From assembly GCA_963830715.1 (NCBI GenBank), contig CAWHNS010000002.1:217482-281481 (forward strand): a stretch of DNA of 64,000 nucleotides. The letters are read 5' to 3'. The first letter of the stretch is position 1; the number at the start of each line of letters is the position of its first letter. A program made the position numbers and the translations under genes. This document shows positions 42,659 to 52,137 of the stretch, piece by piece. Below the pieces are notes generated by a model that worked only from the letters and a program-made list of their open reading frames with translations, was not told where the DNA came from and did no database searches. This DNA comes from an uncultured delta proteobacterium (GTDB taxonomy: Bacteria > Desulfobacterota > Binatia > Binatales > Binataceae).

Positions 42659-44935
42659 CTAATTGGCCCGCGGAGTAGGTGTCGCCTTCGGGGTGGGTGT
42701 TGGAGCGGGTGGCGGCACTGTTCCGGCCAATACCACTGCCAGCGGGTCTGCGGTCGCATTGTTGGAGATCGTCAGCACGCCGCTGTCCTTGCCCACCCGG
42801 TCCGGCGCGAAAGTGACAGCGATCGTGCAACTCCAGTGCGCCGCGAGCGTCGCGCCGCAGGCGCTCTTCTCGGTGAAGGGGCCGCTTACGCTGATGCCGC
42901 TTATTTTCAGCGCCACGTTCTGCCTGTTGACCAGCGTCACCGTTTGCGATCCGCTCACCGTCGCAGAGGTCCGCGCGGCGAACGACAGCGCACCGGGCAC
43001 CGCATAAACTTCCGCTGCCGGCGGAGACCCAACTCCGGTCAGCGCCACCGACTGCGGATGATGTATCGGATCGCCGGCGTTATCGGAGACCGCCAAGGTT
43101 GCGTTCTGCATTCCTACGCTGGTCGGCGAAAACACCACGTTGATCTGGCAGCTCTTTTTGGCCGCGACTGTACCGAAGCAGTTGTCGGTCTCGGAAAACG
43201 CTTCGCTGCTGGTGAATACGCCCGCCACTTGCAAGGGAGTTTTCGAGGTGTTGGTGACGGTCACCTGCTGAGGCGCGGTAACTCCGCCCATAGAGTGCGA
43301 GCCGAAGGCGACCCGGGCCGGTGCCAGCGCTGCGATCGGGGTGGGCAGCGCCGTCGGCGGCGGGGGCGGGCCCGGAGCCGGCGGCGGGCCGATCACCGGC
43401 TGCAATTCGTAGGCGCCGATGTCGCAGTCGGTTTCTGTGGGAGCCGGGCGCGGATCGCCGCGCTGGTCAACGTGAATCGGGCAGTCCGCAGGCGGGACTG
43501 CAAGGTAGGCCGGGCTGTTCGACCCGATCGCCTCAGTCTCGGTGGGTCCGCCATTATTGGCCAGTGGGCCCAGCAGCGGGTTGACGCCGTCTCCTATAGT
43601 CTTGCCATTGGCGCCTGTGATGGTGCCGAAGCTGCACGAGCCGTCATCGTCGATATTGTAGCCGCCATTGGTGACCGCGCCCCCGCTGAATCCGCAGTCC
43701 CCGCCCACTCCGCCACCTTCCAGGTTGCTCGACAGGATGTTCAGAGTGGAGGTGAGGGCACCGGCGCCGGACCTGAATAAACCGCCGCCGCCGCCAAAGC
43801 CACTGGCCGTATTGCCCGATATGGTGCAGAAGGTGACGTTAAGCGTGTTGGAACTGCCGATGGCGGCGCCGGCAGAGGCCGTGTTGCCCGTGAAAGTGCT
43901 GTTGGTGATCGAACCGGTGCCGTAGACAGCGCCGGCGTCACCGCTACCGGCGCTGTTGCTCACGAATGTGGAGCCGCTGATCGTCAGAGAATTCAGCAGG
44001 CCGCCGCCTTCGACGGCGCCCGCAAACCCGGCGCTATTGGAAGTGAACGTACTGTTCGTGACAGTTGTCGAGGTTACCGCGGCGCCATTGTTGTTGGCGA
44101 AGATAGCACCGCCGGCGCCCGCATTGTTGGACGTGAAGCTGCTGTTGCTGACGGTCAGCGTGCCTACGTCGAGCGCGATTGCGCCGCCGCTGAGAAAGCC
44201 GCCAGTGCCTCCGGCGCTGTTGGACGAAAAGCTGCTGCCGGTGACGTTTGCCGTTCCCGAGGCAACCAGGATCGCGCCGCCACCTATAAGGTTGCCGAAC
44301 GAGCATGCGTTCATAACCGTATTGCTCGTGAAGGTGCTGTTGGTGACGTCCAGACTGCCGCTGTTGCCCGACACGATCGCGCCGCCGGCCTGGCAGCCGA
44401 AGTTGCCTGTGAAGGCACAGGCGTTTACGTTCAGCGTGCCGCCGCTATTCGAGATCGCGCCGCCCTGAAACTCGGTGCTGCCGTTTTCGATCGTTATGTT
44501 ATTCAGATTGAGCGTCCCGGTATTGCCCATTACCTGGTTAGAGCCCCCGCCGTTCAGCGTAATGTTCGCCCCGTCGATCGTCAGAGTGTTCGCGACGGTG
44601 GGAAGAGTGCTCGCCACGTTAATCGTTCCGGTGACAGTGAAGGTGATCGTGTCGGTCCCGCTCCCGGCTATGCATCCGTTCACCGCGGCCAAGGTATTGG
44701 CTGCGTTGATCGCATCGCGCAGCCCGCAAAGAGAGGCAGACGAATTTGGATCGTTGAGCGTATTGACGACCAGCGGCGATGCGAATGCGCGCGGCGCCCA
44801 TGCCAACGCCAACCCGGCGAACACAAAAAGGAGGAAAAGCCGCCTCGATGCGCTCGCTCGCGCATCAGCCGCGGGTGATCGAAGTCGCTTGAATCCCCTG
44901 CCTGCGATCGAAATCGCGTTGTGCCCCTGTGTCAC
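42659..44935 (-). CDS. large secreted protein: parallel beta-helix (choice-of-anchor-Q/Pmp-like GGAI repeats) plus two C-terminal HYDIN/ASH-type domains
   Basis: Signal peptide ...LFLLFVFAGLALAWAPRAFA. CGLRDAINAANT...DTITF N-terminal motif. Many NS.F..N.A..GGAI repeats. The C-terminal 230 aa are homologous to 37882..40887. Confidence 0.75.
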   Translation of the reverse strand: MTQGHNAISIAGRGFKRLRSPAADARASASRRLFLLFVFAGLALAWAPRAFASPLVVNTLNDPNSSASLCGLRDAINAANTLAAVNGCIAGSGTDTITFTVTGTINVASTLPTVANTLTIDGANITLNGGGSNQVMGNTGTLNLNNITIENGSTEFQGGAISNSGGTLNVNACAFTGNFGCQAGGAIVSGNSGSLDVTNSTFTSNTVMNACSFGNLIGGGAILVASGTANVTGSSFSSNSAGGTGGFLSGGAIALDVGTLTVSNSSFTSNNAGAGGAIFANNNGAAVTSTTVTNSTFTSNSAGFAGAVEGGGLLNSLTISGSTFVSNSAGSGDAGAVYGTGSITNSTFTGNTASAGAAIGSSNTLNVTFCTISGNTASGFGGGGGLFRSGAGALTSTLNILSSNLEGGGVGGDCGFSGGAVTNGGYNIDDDGSCSFGTITGANGKTIGDGVNPLLGPLANNGGPTETEAIGSNSPAYLAVPPADCPIHVDQRGDPRPAPTETDCDIGAYELQPVIGPPPAPGPPPPPTALPTPIAALAPARVAFGSHSMGGVTAPQQVTVTNTSKTPLQVAGVFTSSEAFSETDNCFGTVAAKKSCQINVVFSPTSVGMQNATLAVSDNAGDPIHHPQSVALTGVGSPPAAEVYAVPGALSFAARTSATVSGSQTVTLVNRQNVALKISGISVSGPFTEKSACGATLAAHWSCTIAVTFAPDRVGKDSGVLTISNNATADPLAVVLAGTVPPPAPTPTPKATPTPRAN

Positions 44936-45111
44936 TGTCGGTGCCCTCCTGCCAAGAATGGCAATCTTATGTGGTCTCTCGTAGTCTGACAGTGACAGGA
45001 TGTCAAGCGAGACGTGCCGCCGAGATTCGCCCTCTCGGGACCTCCCGGTCGCGGCTTTAGGGCCGCCGTCGATTCGTGTTTCATTCGCCCCCCGAGAGCC
45101 TTACGAAGCTC

Positions 45112-46174
45112 TCAGTACATCGGGGCGAGCGTGACGATCGCGCCGGAGCCGGGCTTGCCGTGCGCGGCCGGATCGCACAACACCATCGTCTTGCCGACGA
45201 ACTTCAGGCAGGTCGGATCGGTCAGGCCGCTGGCATACTCGCGGGCCATCCCTTTGAACAGCCGGTAAACCCGCCCGTCGTGCTCGCCGTTGTTCTGCGA
45301 GGCCAATTTTCCCTCATCCGCAACGAACAGGACGCCGGCATGGCTGCCGAAGCCGTCGGGCGCGAATCCGAACCCGGTCGGCCGGACCAGACCGACCAGG
45401 TAGATGTTGTCGCTCATCTTGCCGGCGCTATCGATGATAGCGAGCCGCCCGACCTTCGGTGCGGCCTCCATTTTGGGCCGGATCGACGCGAGCATCACGT
45501 TGGCCGCTTTCGCGTCGGTCGCGGATGTAAACCCGATGTTGTTGATCTCCCACGGGATCGGCTTGTCGTAGGTTCCGAACGCGCGCGCCTTGCCGCTCGA
45601 ATCGATTGCATAGATCGTCGCGTTGCCGTTGGTGACCGCGTACAGCTTGCCGGCATACGGACTCCCGGGCGCCCCGAACTCGAGGTCGCGGCATTCGGTG
45701 GCCTTTCCCCCATTGAGGCTTCCCGCCGCCGGCAGCCTGGCGAAGACAGAGAGCGCGCCCGACTTGTTCGACTCGATCCACTGCGCACGGCGCCTTCAGG
45801 TCTCCGCCTTCCGGCGCCAGCACGAATACCTGGCCGGCGTACGATCCGAATCCGTCCGGTGCGATCGCCACGCCGGCGGGATTCTTGATTTTGCCGGACA
45901 GGGTTGCCGCGCCTCCGGCGAGCGGCACGGACATGATCGCTCCGGCCGCGGAGTCCGACACCACGACCTTGTCGCCGTCGCCCTGCGCATAGACCGGAGC
46001 CTGAAGGCCCTTGATCTTCAGGGGCCCCATCTCGAAGCCGAAGTCCTCGCAGTTATAGCCCTTGGCTTCGCCCTGAGCGCGCGCCTGCGGCGCGAGCGCC
46101 GCCAGGATCAGCGCGGCCATCAACGGCCCGGCCATAGATCCGATCCGCCTATTTCTTTTTTCCCGCAAGTTCAT
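45112..46174 (-). CDS. hypothetical secreted beta-propeller-like protein (apparent +1 frameshift near 45788)
   Basis: The N-terminal part with its signal peptide (MAGPLMAALILAALAPQARA) is in ORF 45428..46261. The remainder reads through AQWIESNKSGALSVFARLP...NVMLASIRPK into ORF 45112..45498. GFGxAPDGFGSxAG motifs repeat. Confidence 0.5.
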
Positions 46175-46364
46175 CCAGCGCCTCGTTGACGAAGTATTTC
46201 TGGTCCGGATCGCGATCGTCGAGTTCGGCCTTGCGGCGCGACAGCCAGTCGGCGATCGCAATTGTCCCCGCCTCGGACGTATCGCTTATTCCAAGCTGAT
46301 CCGCAACCCTGCCGAGCAGGTCGAACAGCTCGTCCGGAAGGTCGATCTCGATTCGCCTGGCCAA
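46149..46364 (-). CDS. hypothetical small protein
   Basis: A 71-aa ORF with no recognised family. Confidence 0.3.
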   Translation of the reverse strand: MARRIEIDLPDELFDLLGRVADQLGISDTSEAGTIAIADWLSRRKAELDDRDPDQKYFVNEALDELAGKKK

Positions 46365-46395
46365 GACAGGATTGCGAGGTCGCGCGCGCCCGGAA

Positions 46396-46875
46396 TTACC
46401 GGCTCACCGATTCCGTGCGCATCCCGGCGTCCTTCCATCCCTCGACCCCGTCCGCCATCACGCTCACGTCCGTGTAGCCGGCCTTGACCGCCCGCCGGGC
46501 GGCTGCATGGGAGGCCATTCAATGGAGGTTGTGGCAGTAGAAGACCAGCTTCGCGCTCTTGTCCGGCGGCAACTCAGTGGCGACATCGTAATTGGATGAC
46601 GCGAGAAGCCGCGCGCCGGGAATGATGCCCGTGGACTCGCGGACATCGGTCGGGTTGGCGTCGAAGATGTGGACCTTCGCGTCCGAATTGTTCATCAAGC
46701 GCGCGAGGTCCTGAACGTGGATGATCTGGAAGTTGTCCGCTTCCGGGTTGCCGAGGATCGATTGGAGATCCAGCGCGGACGCGGAGCCTGCGAGAAGAAA
46801 CAGAGCCGTCCCGAGCGCGACTACAGCCAAGGTGGATCGAGATGCTCTCTTCATTGCGGAAATTCTATCGCGCAC
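46396..46875 (-). CDS. periplasmic rhodanese-domain protein with in-frame TGA (46519-46521) at a Cys-equivalent position; selenoprotein candidate or pseudogene
   Basis: The signal peptide and rhodanese N-half are in ORF 46519..46875, ending FYCHNLH-TGA. The same frame continues directly as MASHAAARRAVKAGYTDVSVMADGVEGWKDAGMRTESVSR to the TAA at 46396-46398. Together these form a complete rhodanese fold. Confidence 0.6.
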
Positions 46876-46886
46876 GGAGCGGAAGA

Positions 46887-46930
46887 CCTAGCCCCCTGCC
46901 CCCCTTCCCTAAAGACGGGAAGGGGGAAGA
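46887..46930. repeat. REP-like hairpin (family CCCCTTCCC..GGGAAGGGG)
   Basis: cctagccccctgccccccttccctaaagacgggaagggggaag, related to 14884-14922 and 53822-53864. Confidence 0.7.
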
Positions 46931-46948
46931 GAAGGAGGTCAGCTCGCG

Positions 46949-48061
46949 CTAGACTCCCAGCCGATACAGTTCCGCGACGTTGTCGTGGAGAATCAGGTCG
47001 CGTTCCTGCTCCGACAGCCCGGCGGTGTGCTTCTTCAATATGTCCTGCGACCACGGCCAGGTCGAGTCGCTGTGCGGAAAATCATTCGCCCACATCAGGC
47101 GGTGGATGTTGCACATGTCCTTCATCTGGAATGCGACCCAGTCGTCCTGGAAGGTGGTGTAGACATTCTCGCGGAAGTACTCGCTCGGCATCTTCGAGAG
47201 CGTCCCGGCCGGCAGCCAGTAGCGATGGCGGTCGTAGGCGTGATCCATCCGGTACATGTAATGCGGCACCCATCCGGCGTCGGCTTCGACGCATACCACC
47301 TTCAGTTTCGGATGGCGCTCGAAGACGCCGCCCAGCACGAAGGTCCCGATGATGTCCTGGCATCCGCGGATAATCGACAGGAAGCTGTTGAGCCTCGGAC
47401 CGCGCGTGGGCGTGAGCGCCTCCTCGCGCGTGGTCAGGATATGGAAGCTGAGCGGCATTTCCAGATCGATCGCGGCTTCGTAGAACGGATCGTAGATGGC
47501 GCTGTCGTAGTCCTCGAGCCTGGGATTTCCCGGCATCATCACGCCGCGCAGTCCGAGCTGCTTGATCTTCCGCAGGTCCTCGATTCCTTCCTCGACCGAT
47601 CGCATCGCGGTCTGCCCGGCGCCGATCAGCCGCTCCGGATGCGCGCCGCAGTATTCCGCGATCCACAGGTTGTAGGCGTCGAAGCAGGCCTTCTTGTAAT
47701 CGAAGTCCTTGTGATTGCAGAGCAGCATTCCGACCGTCGGGTAGATTATCTCGGCGAACACGCCGTCGCGGTCCTGGTCGGCGAGCCGCGCCTCGGGGTC
47801 CCATCCGCCGCGATGCATCTCCTCGAACTTCACTCCCATCATCGAGAGTTCCTTGGCCGATTTCCCCGCGGCCGCGACCAGGCCCATCGGGATCGGCCGG
47901 GAGAGCCCGTTAATCACGAAGATGTCGCCGAGCTTGTCGTCGCGGACCATGTGCGGCGCGGTGTCCTTGTATTTGTGATCGATTCGATCGACGTAGGTTC
48001 CCGCCGGCTCGGTGATGTGCGAATCGGCGGAGATGATCGGCTTCGATGTGACCCTGTCCAC
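46949..48061 (-). CDS. amidohydrolase-2 family protein (ACMSD-like metal-dependent hydrolase/decarboxylase)
   Basis: The N-terminal IISADSHITEP and the C-terminal WANDFPHSDSTWP are typical of PF04909 enzymes. Confidence 0.85.
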   Translation of the reverse strand: MDRVTSKPIISADSHITEPAGTYVDRIDHKYKDTAPHMVRDDKLGDIFVINGLSRPIPMGLVAAAGKSAKELSMMGVKFEEMHRGGWDPEARLADQDRDGVFAEIIYPTVGMLLCNHKDFDYKKACFDAYNLWIAEYCGAHPERLIGAGQTAMRSVEEGIEDLRKIKQLGLRGVMMPGNPRLEDYDSAIYDPFYEAAIDLEMPLSFHILTTREEALTPTRGPRLNSFLSIIRGCQDIIGTFVLGGVFERHPKLKVVCVEADAGWVPHYMYRMDHAYDRHRYWLPAGTLSKMPSEYFRENVYTTFQDDWVAFQMKDMCNIHRLMWANDFPHSDSTWPWSQDILKKHTAGLSEQERDLILHDNVAELYRLGV

Positions 48062-48151
48062 TGCTCGACTCCTTAACGATCGTTAGGTGGCTTGCCAAGA
48101 CATTATTTCACAGCCTCCTCCATTTAACCACAAAGGCGCGAAGGCGCTAAG

Positions 48152-49091
48152 TTACGAACGGGTTTTTCCTCCGTCGGATCGTCGCGAAGGATCTTCGGCG
48201 GGTGGCGATGTTGCAACGCGCCGTTTGAAGCCGGCCAGGATGCGGCGGGCCAAAGCTTCGTAATCGCCATCGAAGTGGTGACCGCCTGCGGTGCGGATGA
48301 CCTCGACGCCGCGGCGGCTCTATAAGTGCACGCAGAGCGTCAGCCATCTCTCGATTGGGGCCAATCTCATGAAGCTGCAAAGGCGCACCATCGCGCCGCA
48401 ACCCCATCACGTAATCGCGATTCGCCCTGGCCAGCGAGAAGGTAAGCCCGACGGTCCAAAAGCCCTGCAATTGTTTCGGGGAACCATAGCGGAAGCCGCC
48501 CGCGCGAGCCTCCGCGGAGCCTGTTGTACAGATCGGCCGCCGCGTCGCGATCGTTACGGACGGGTCGATCGACACGGCGCCGGCTATCGTCGCCGCAGAA
48601 GCCTGCGCCAGCACCAGTCCTGCGAGCGTCCCGCCCTCGCCGACGCCGGCCACGATGGGCGTGAGGTAGTTGCGAAAACCAAGCTCGCGCTGGGTCTGGC
48701 GGCTGAACCACTCGGCCTCGTCAACCAGTCGATGGCATTTCTCATCGACCTTATTGACGCGGTTCAAGTAAGCTCGAGTGTCCACCTCCGCTACCAGTGC
48801 CCCGGCGGCTGATATCGCTCGCGCGGCGGCGTCATCCGCTGGCGTCGATCCATTTCGATCAGAAAAGAAGATGACAAATCCGGACGCCTGATGCGGCGGC
48901 TGGACTACCTTTGCTCGCATCGCTGTGCCAATCTGCCCGCGAGCCGCCGTTATCGCACCATAAATCGCGCCAAGCGCGCCGAGCGCGAGCATGAACGTTA
49001 CCGATCGAAGGTGCTCACACGGGTCGGCGGCGGCGCCGTACGAGTTGGACGCCCACCGCGAGCGTAGGAGATCTGACAAACGACGTACCAT
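48152..49091 (-). CDS. VirJ/AcvB-like alpha/beta-hydrolase family protein (apparent +1 frameshift near 48310)
   Basis: The C-terminal motif VEVIRTAGGHHFDGDYEALARRIL (the VirJ signature GGHHFDGDY) appears only after skipping one base. The upstream part is in ORF 48147..49190. The start at M34 was chosen to avoid overlap with the divergent gene. Confidence 0.5.
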
Positions 49092-49177
49092 GGCGACGAG
49101 GTTCCCTGGCGTCAACGACTGTAATCTGCAGGTTGGATCGCTGCGCAACAAAGCTTGGCGATTCCGTTGGAGGTTAG

Positions 49178-49855
49178 ATGTCCATTCCACCGCGCAATGA
49201 GACCACCCTGACGGTCGAGCAGGCTCGCCGATTCTACGATTGGTTCGGCTCCCGGCAGGATTGGCAGTCGTTCTATGAAGACCCTGCAGTTGGCGCGATG
49301 CTCGAAGAGAGCGACTTCCAGCACGCCAGGTCCGTTCTGGAATTTGGCTGCGGCACGGGGCGATTCGCCGAGCGGCTCCTGTCTGAAGTCTTGCCGCCGA
49401 CCTGCCATTACTTGGGCGTGGATGTCAGCACGACGATGGTGAAGCTTGCGCAACAACGTTTGCAACGCTGGGCCTCGCGAGCCCAGGTGCAACAGTCAAA
49501 CGGCTCCTGCACGTTTGCTGCGGAGGATTCTTCCGTCGACCGGGTGGTTTCGACCTATGTCCTCGATCTGATGGCTCGCGAGCAGATTCGTGTTTTCTTG
49601 AAAGAAGCTCACCGAGTGCTCGCGCCCGATGGCTTGCTTTGCATCGTAAGTCTCGCGGATGGGGTTGGCAGCCTGGGAAGGCTGGTATCATGGCTGTTGC
49701 ATCAGATTCACGCACTGTCTCCATACCTGGTAGGTGGATGCCGTGCACTCGATCTGAGCGAGTTTATTACGCGCTCGGACTGGCGAATTCGGCACGCGAG
49801 GCTTATTCGCTCATTCGGGGTGACCTCCCAAGTGGTGATCGCCTCGCGCGAGTAG
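49178..49855 (+). CDS. class I SAM-dependent methyltransferase
   Basis: Motif I VLEFGCGTGRF and the downstream acidic loop LGVDVS. Confidence 0.8.
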   Translation: MSIPPRNETTLTVEQARRFYDWFGSRQDWQSFYEDPAVGAMLEESDFQHARSVLEFGCGTGRFAERLLSEVLPPTCHYLGVDVSTTMVKLAQQRLQRWASRAQVQQSNGSCTFAAEDSSVDRVVSTYVLDLMAREQIRVFLKEAHRVLAPDGLLCIVSLADGVGSLGRLVSWLLHQIHALSPYLVGGCRALDLSEFITRSDWRIRHARLIRSFGVTSQVVIASRE

Positions 49856-49964
49856 AGGTAACGTGATGGCGAAATTCTGTGCTACGCTTGGATTCGCCAG
49901 CGCTGCAAGCATGCATAAAGAGCCGGTTGCGCGTCCGGCGCTCGGATCCCGAACTTAACGCTGA

Positions 49965-52098
49965 ATGGAATCGAAGCAGAAAACGGGAAACCCCGGGAAA
50001 CCGGGAATGTCGCCGCGGCAGCAGATCCCGCCCAGCCTATGGTTGTTATGGCTGGTATTCAGCGCCTGGCTGATTTGGAACTCGGTTTCGCACTGGCGCA
50101 AGCCTAGCCCCGAAGTGGAGATTCCATACTCCACTCTTCTGTCGCAGGTCAGGGCCGACAACGTATCGCAGGTCCAAATCGCCGAGGCGGAGATCACCGG
50201 CCAGTTCGTCAAGCCAGTGCTCTGGCCCGAGCCGAAACCGAAGGCCGAAGAGAAGCCGGAGCATCCGGTCGCGAGCCGCCTCGAAGAGTCGCCACCCGAG
50301 GCAGCGGTGCCCAAGCCGGCGCCTACGGCCGCAGAACAGAAGCCGATCGCTTATAGCGAGTTTCGCACGGAGTTTCCGGCCACGGTGGGAGATCCCAACC
50401 TGATGCCCTTGCCTCGAGTCTCACAAGGTCGTGGTGGAGGTCGCCTCCTCGACCCACTCCTGGCTGGTCGAGATGCTGATCGCCTGGGGTCCGATGCTGC
50501 TTCTGATCGGGTTTTTCTGGTGGATGAGCGCCGGCGCCGCGCGCAGCCAATCGGGCATGTTCGGCTTCGGGCGCATGAAGCTACGACGTTACAGCAGCGA
50601 TCAGCCCAAGGTTACCTTTGCCGACGTGGCGGGAGCGCAGGAGGCCAAGGCGGAACTCCAGGAAGAGGTGGACTTCCTCAAGCATCCGCAGCGCTATCAC
50701 GATATCGGCGCGCGCATTCCCAAGGGCGTCCTGCTGGTCGGGCCGCCCGGCACCGGCAAGACGTTGCTGGCGCGGGCGGTCGCGGGCGAGGCTGAAGTGC
50801 CGTTCTTCAGCATCAACGCCTCGGAGTTTGTCCAGATGTTCGTCGGAGTCGGCGCCAGCCGCGTGCGGGACCTTTTTCGCCAAGCCAAGGAGGCCGCGCC
50901 CGCCATCGTTTTCATCGACGAGCTCGACGCGGTCGGACACCGCCGCGGCGCCGGGGTGGGAACGGTGAACGACGAGCGCGAGCAGACTCTCAACCAGTTG
51001 CTGGGCGAGCTGGACGGCTTCGACCCCCGCGCTGAAGTGATCATTCTCGCCGCTACCAACCGGCCCGACGTGCTCGATCCCGCACTGCTGCGCCCCGGAC
51101 GTTTCGATCGGCAGGTCGTGGTTGGCCCGCCCAATCGCGAAGGACGCGAAGGAATTTTGCGTATCCACTCGCGCGAATTGAAGCTCGCTTCAGACGTCGA
51201 TCTGGTCGCGCTCTCGGCTTCGACCATCGGCTTAAACGGCGCCGACCTGGCAAACCTGTGCAACGAAGCCGCGCTGGTCGCGGCGCGCCACAAGCGCGAG
51301 CAGGTCACGATGGCGGATTTCGAGGAGGCGAGCGACAAAGTTCGCTTGGGCGCCGCGCAAGCGCAACTGGTGGATCCAGCGGAGCGCCGCGTCGTCGCCT
51401 ACCATGAATCGGGCCATGCGGTCGTGGCATGGCTCACTCCCGGCGCCGATCCGGTCCAGAAGGTCACGATCGTTCCGCACGGCCAGGCGCTCGGATTGAC
51501 CCAGCAGGTCCCGGCGGCTGAACGGCACAATCTAAGCCGCTCGTATCTGATGACGCGGCTGGCCGTGATGCTGGGCGGACGGACCGCCGAGGAAATCGTA
51601 TTCGGCGAGATCACTACCGGCGCCGAAAGCGATCTCCTCGAGGCCACGCGCGTAGCGCGCCGGATGGTCACGCGCTGGGGGATGGGCAGCCTCGGGCTTG
51701 CCGCCTACCAGACCGATGAGCAGCAGCCTTTCCTCGGCTACGAGCTCGCTCGAGGACACGACTACAGCGAAGCCACCGCCGCCCGGGTCGACCGGGAGGT
51801 CCAGGAAATGCTCGAGCAGGTGCATCAACAGGTCCGGCGCTTGCTGACCGATGCGCGCGATCGGCTCGATCAACTGGTCGAAGCGATCCTCCAGCATGAG
51901 ACCGTGAGCCACGACGATCTGCAGCGCATCCTGGGTCCGCACTCGCCAGCCGCAGTGCGGCCTATCCAGCCCCTTGCGGGGCCGGTGCTCGCCGCGAGAA
52001 GTGAATCGGCGCCGGAACCCGCGGCGGCGAAGGCTCATTCGCCGGAAGCGAGGCAACGTGGTCCGCTGAGCATGGATCGCAAGCCGCCAGCGACCTGA
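49965..52098 (+). CDS. ftsH: ATP-dependent zinc metalloprotease FtsH (apparent +1 frameshift near 50410)
   Basis: The N-terminal TM and periplasmic part are in ORF 49965..50795. The second TM helix, AAA+ module ([18 protein letters not shown]) and HESGH protease domain are in ORF 50431..52098. The pieces join as ...[17 protein letters not shown]. Confidence 0.9.
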
Positions 52099-52137
52099 GT
52101 ATAGCTTGATTCATCTCCAACCCTCGGAGGCGTGCCA

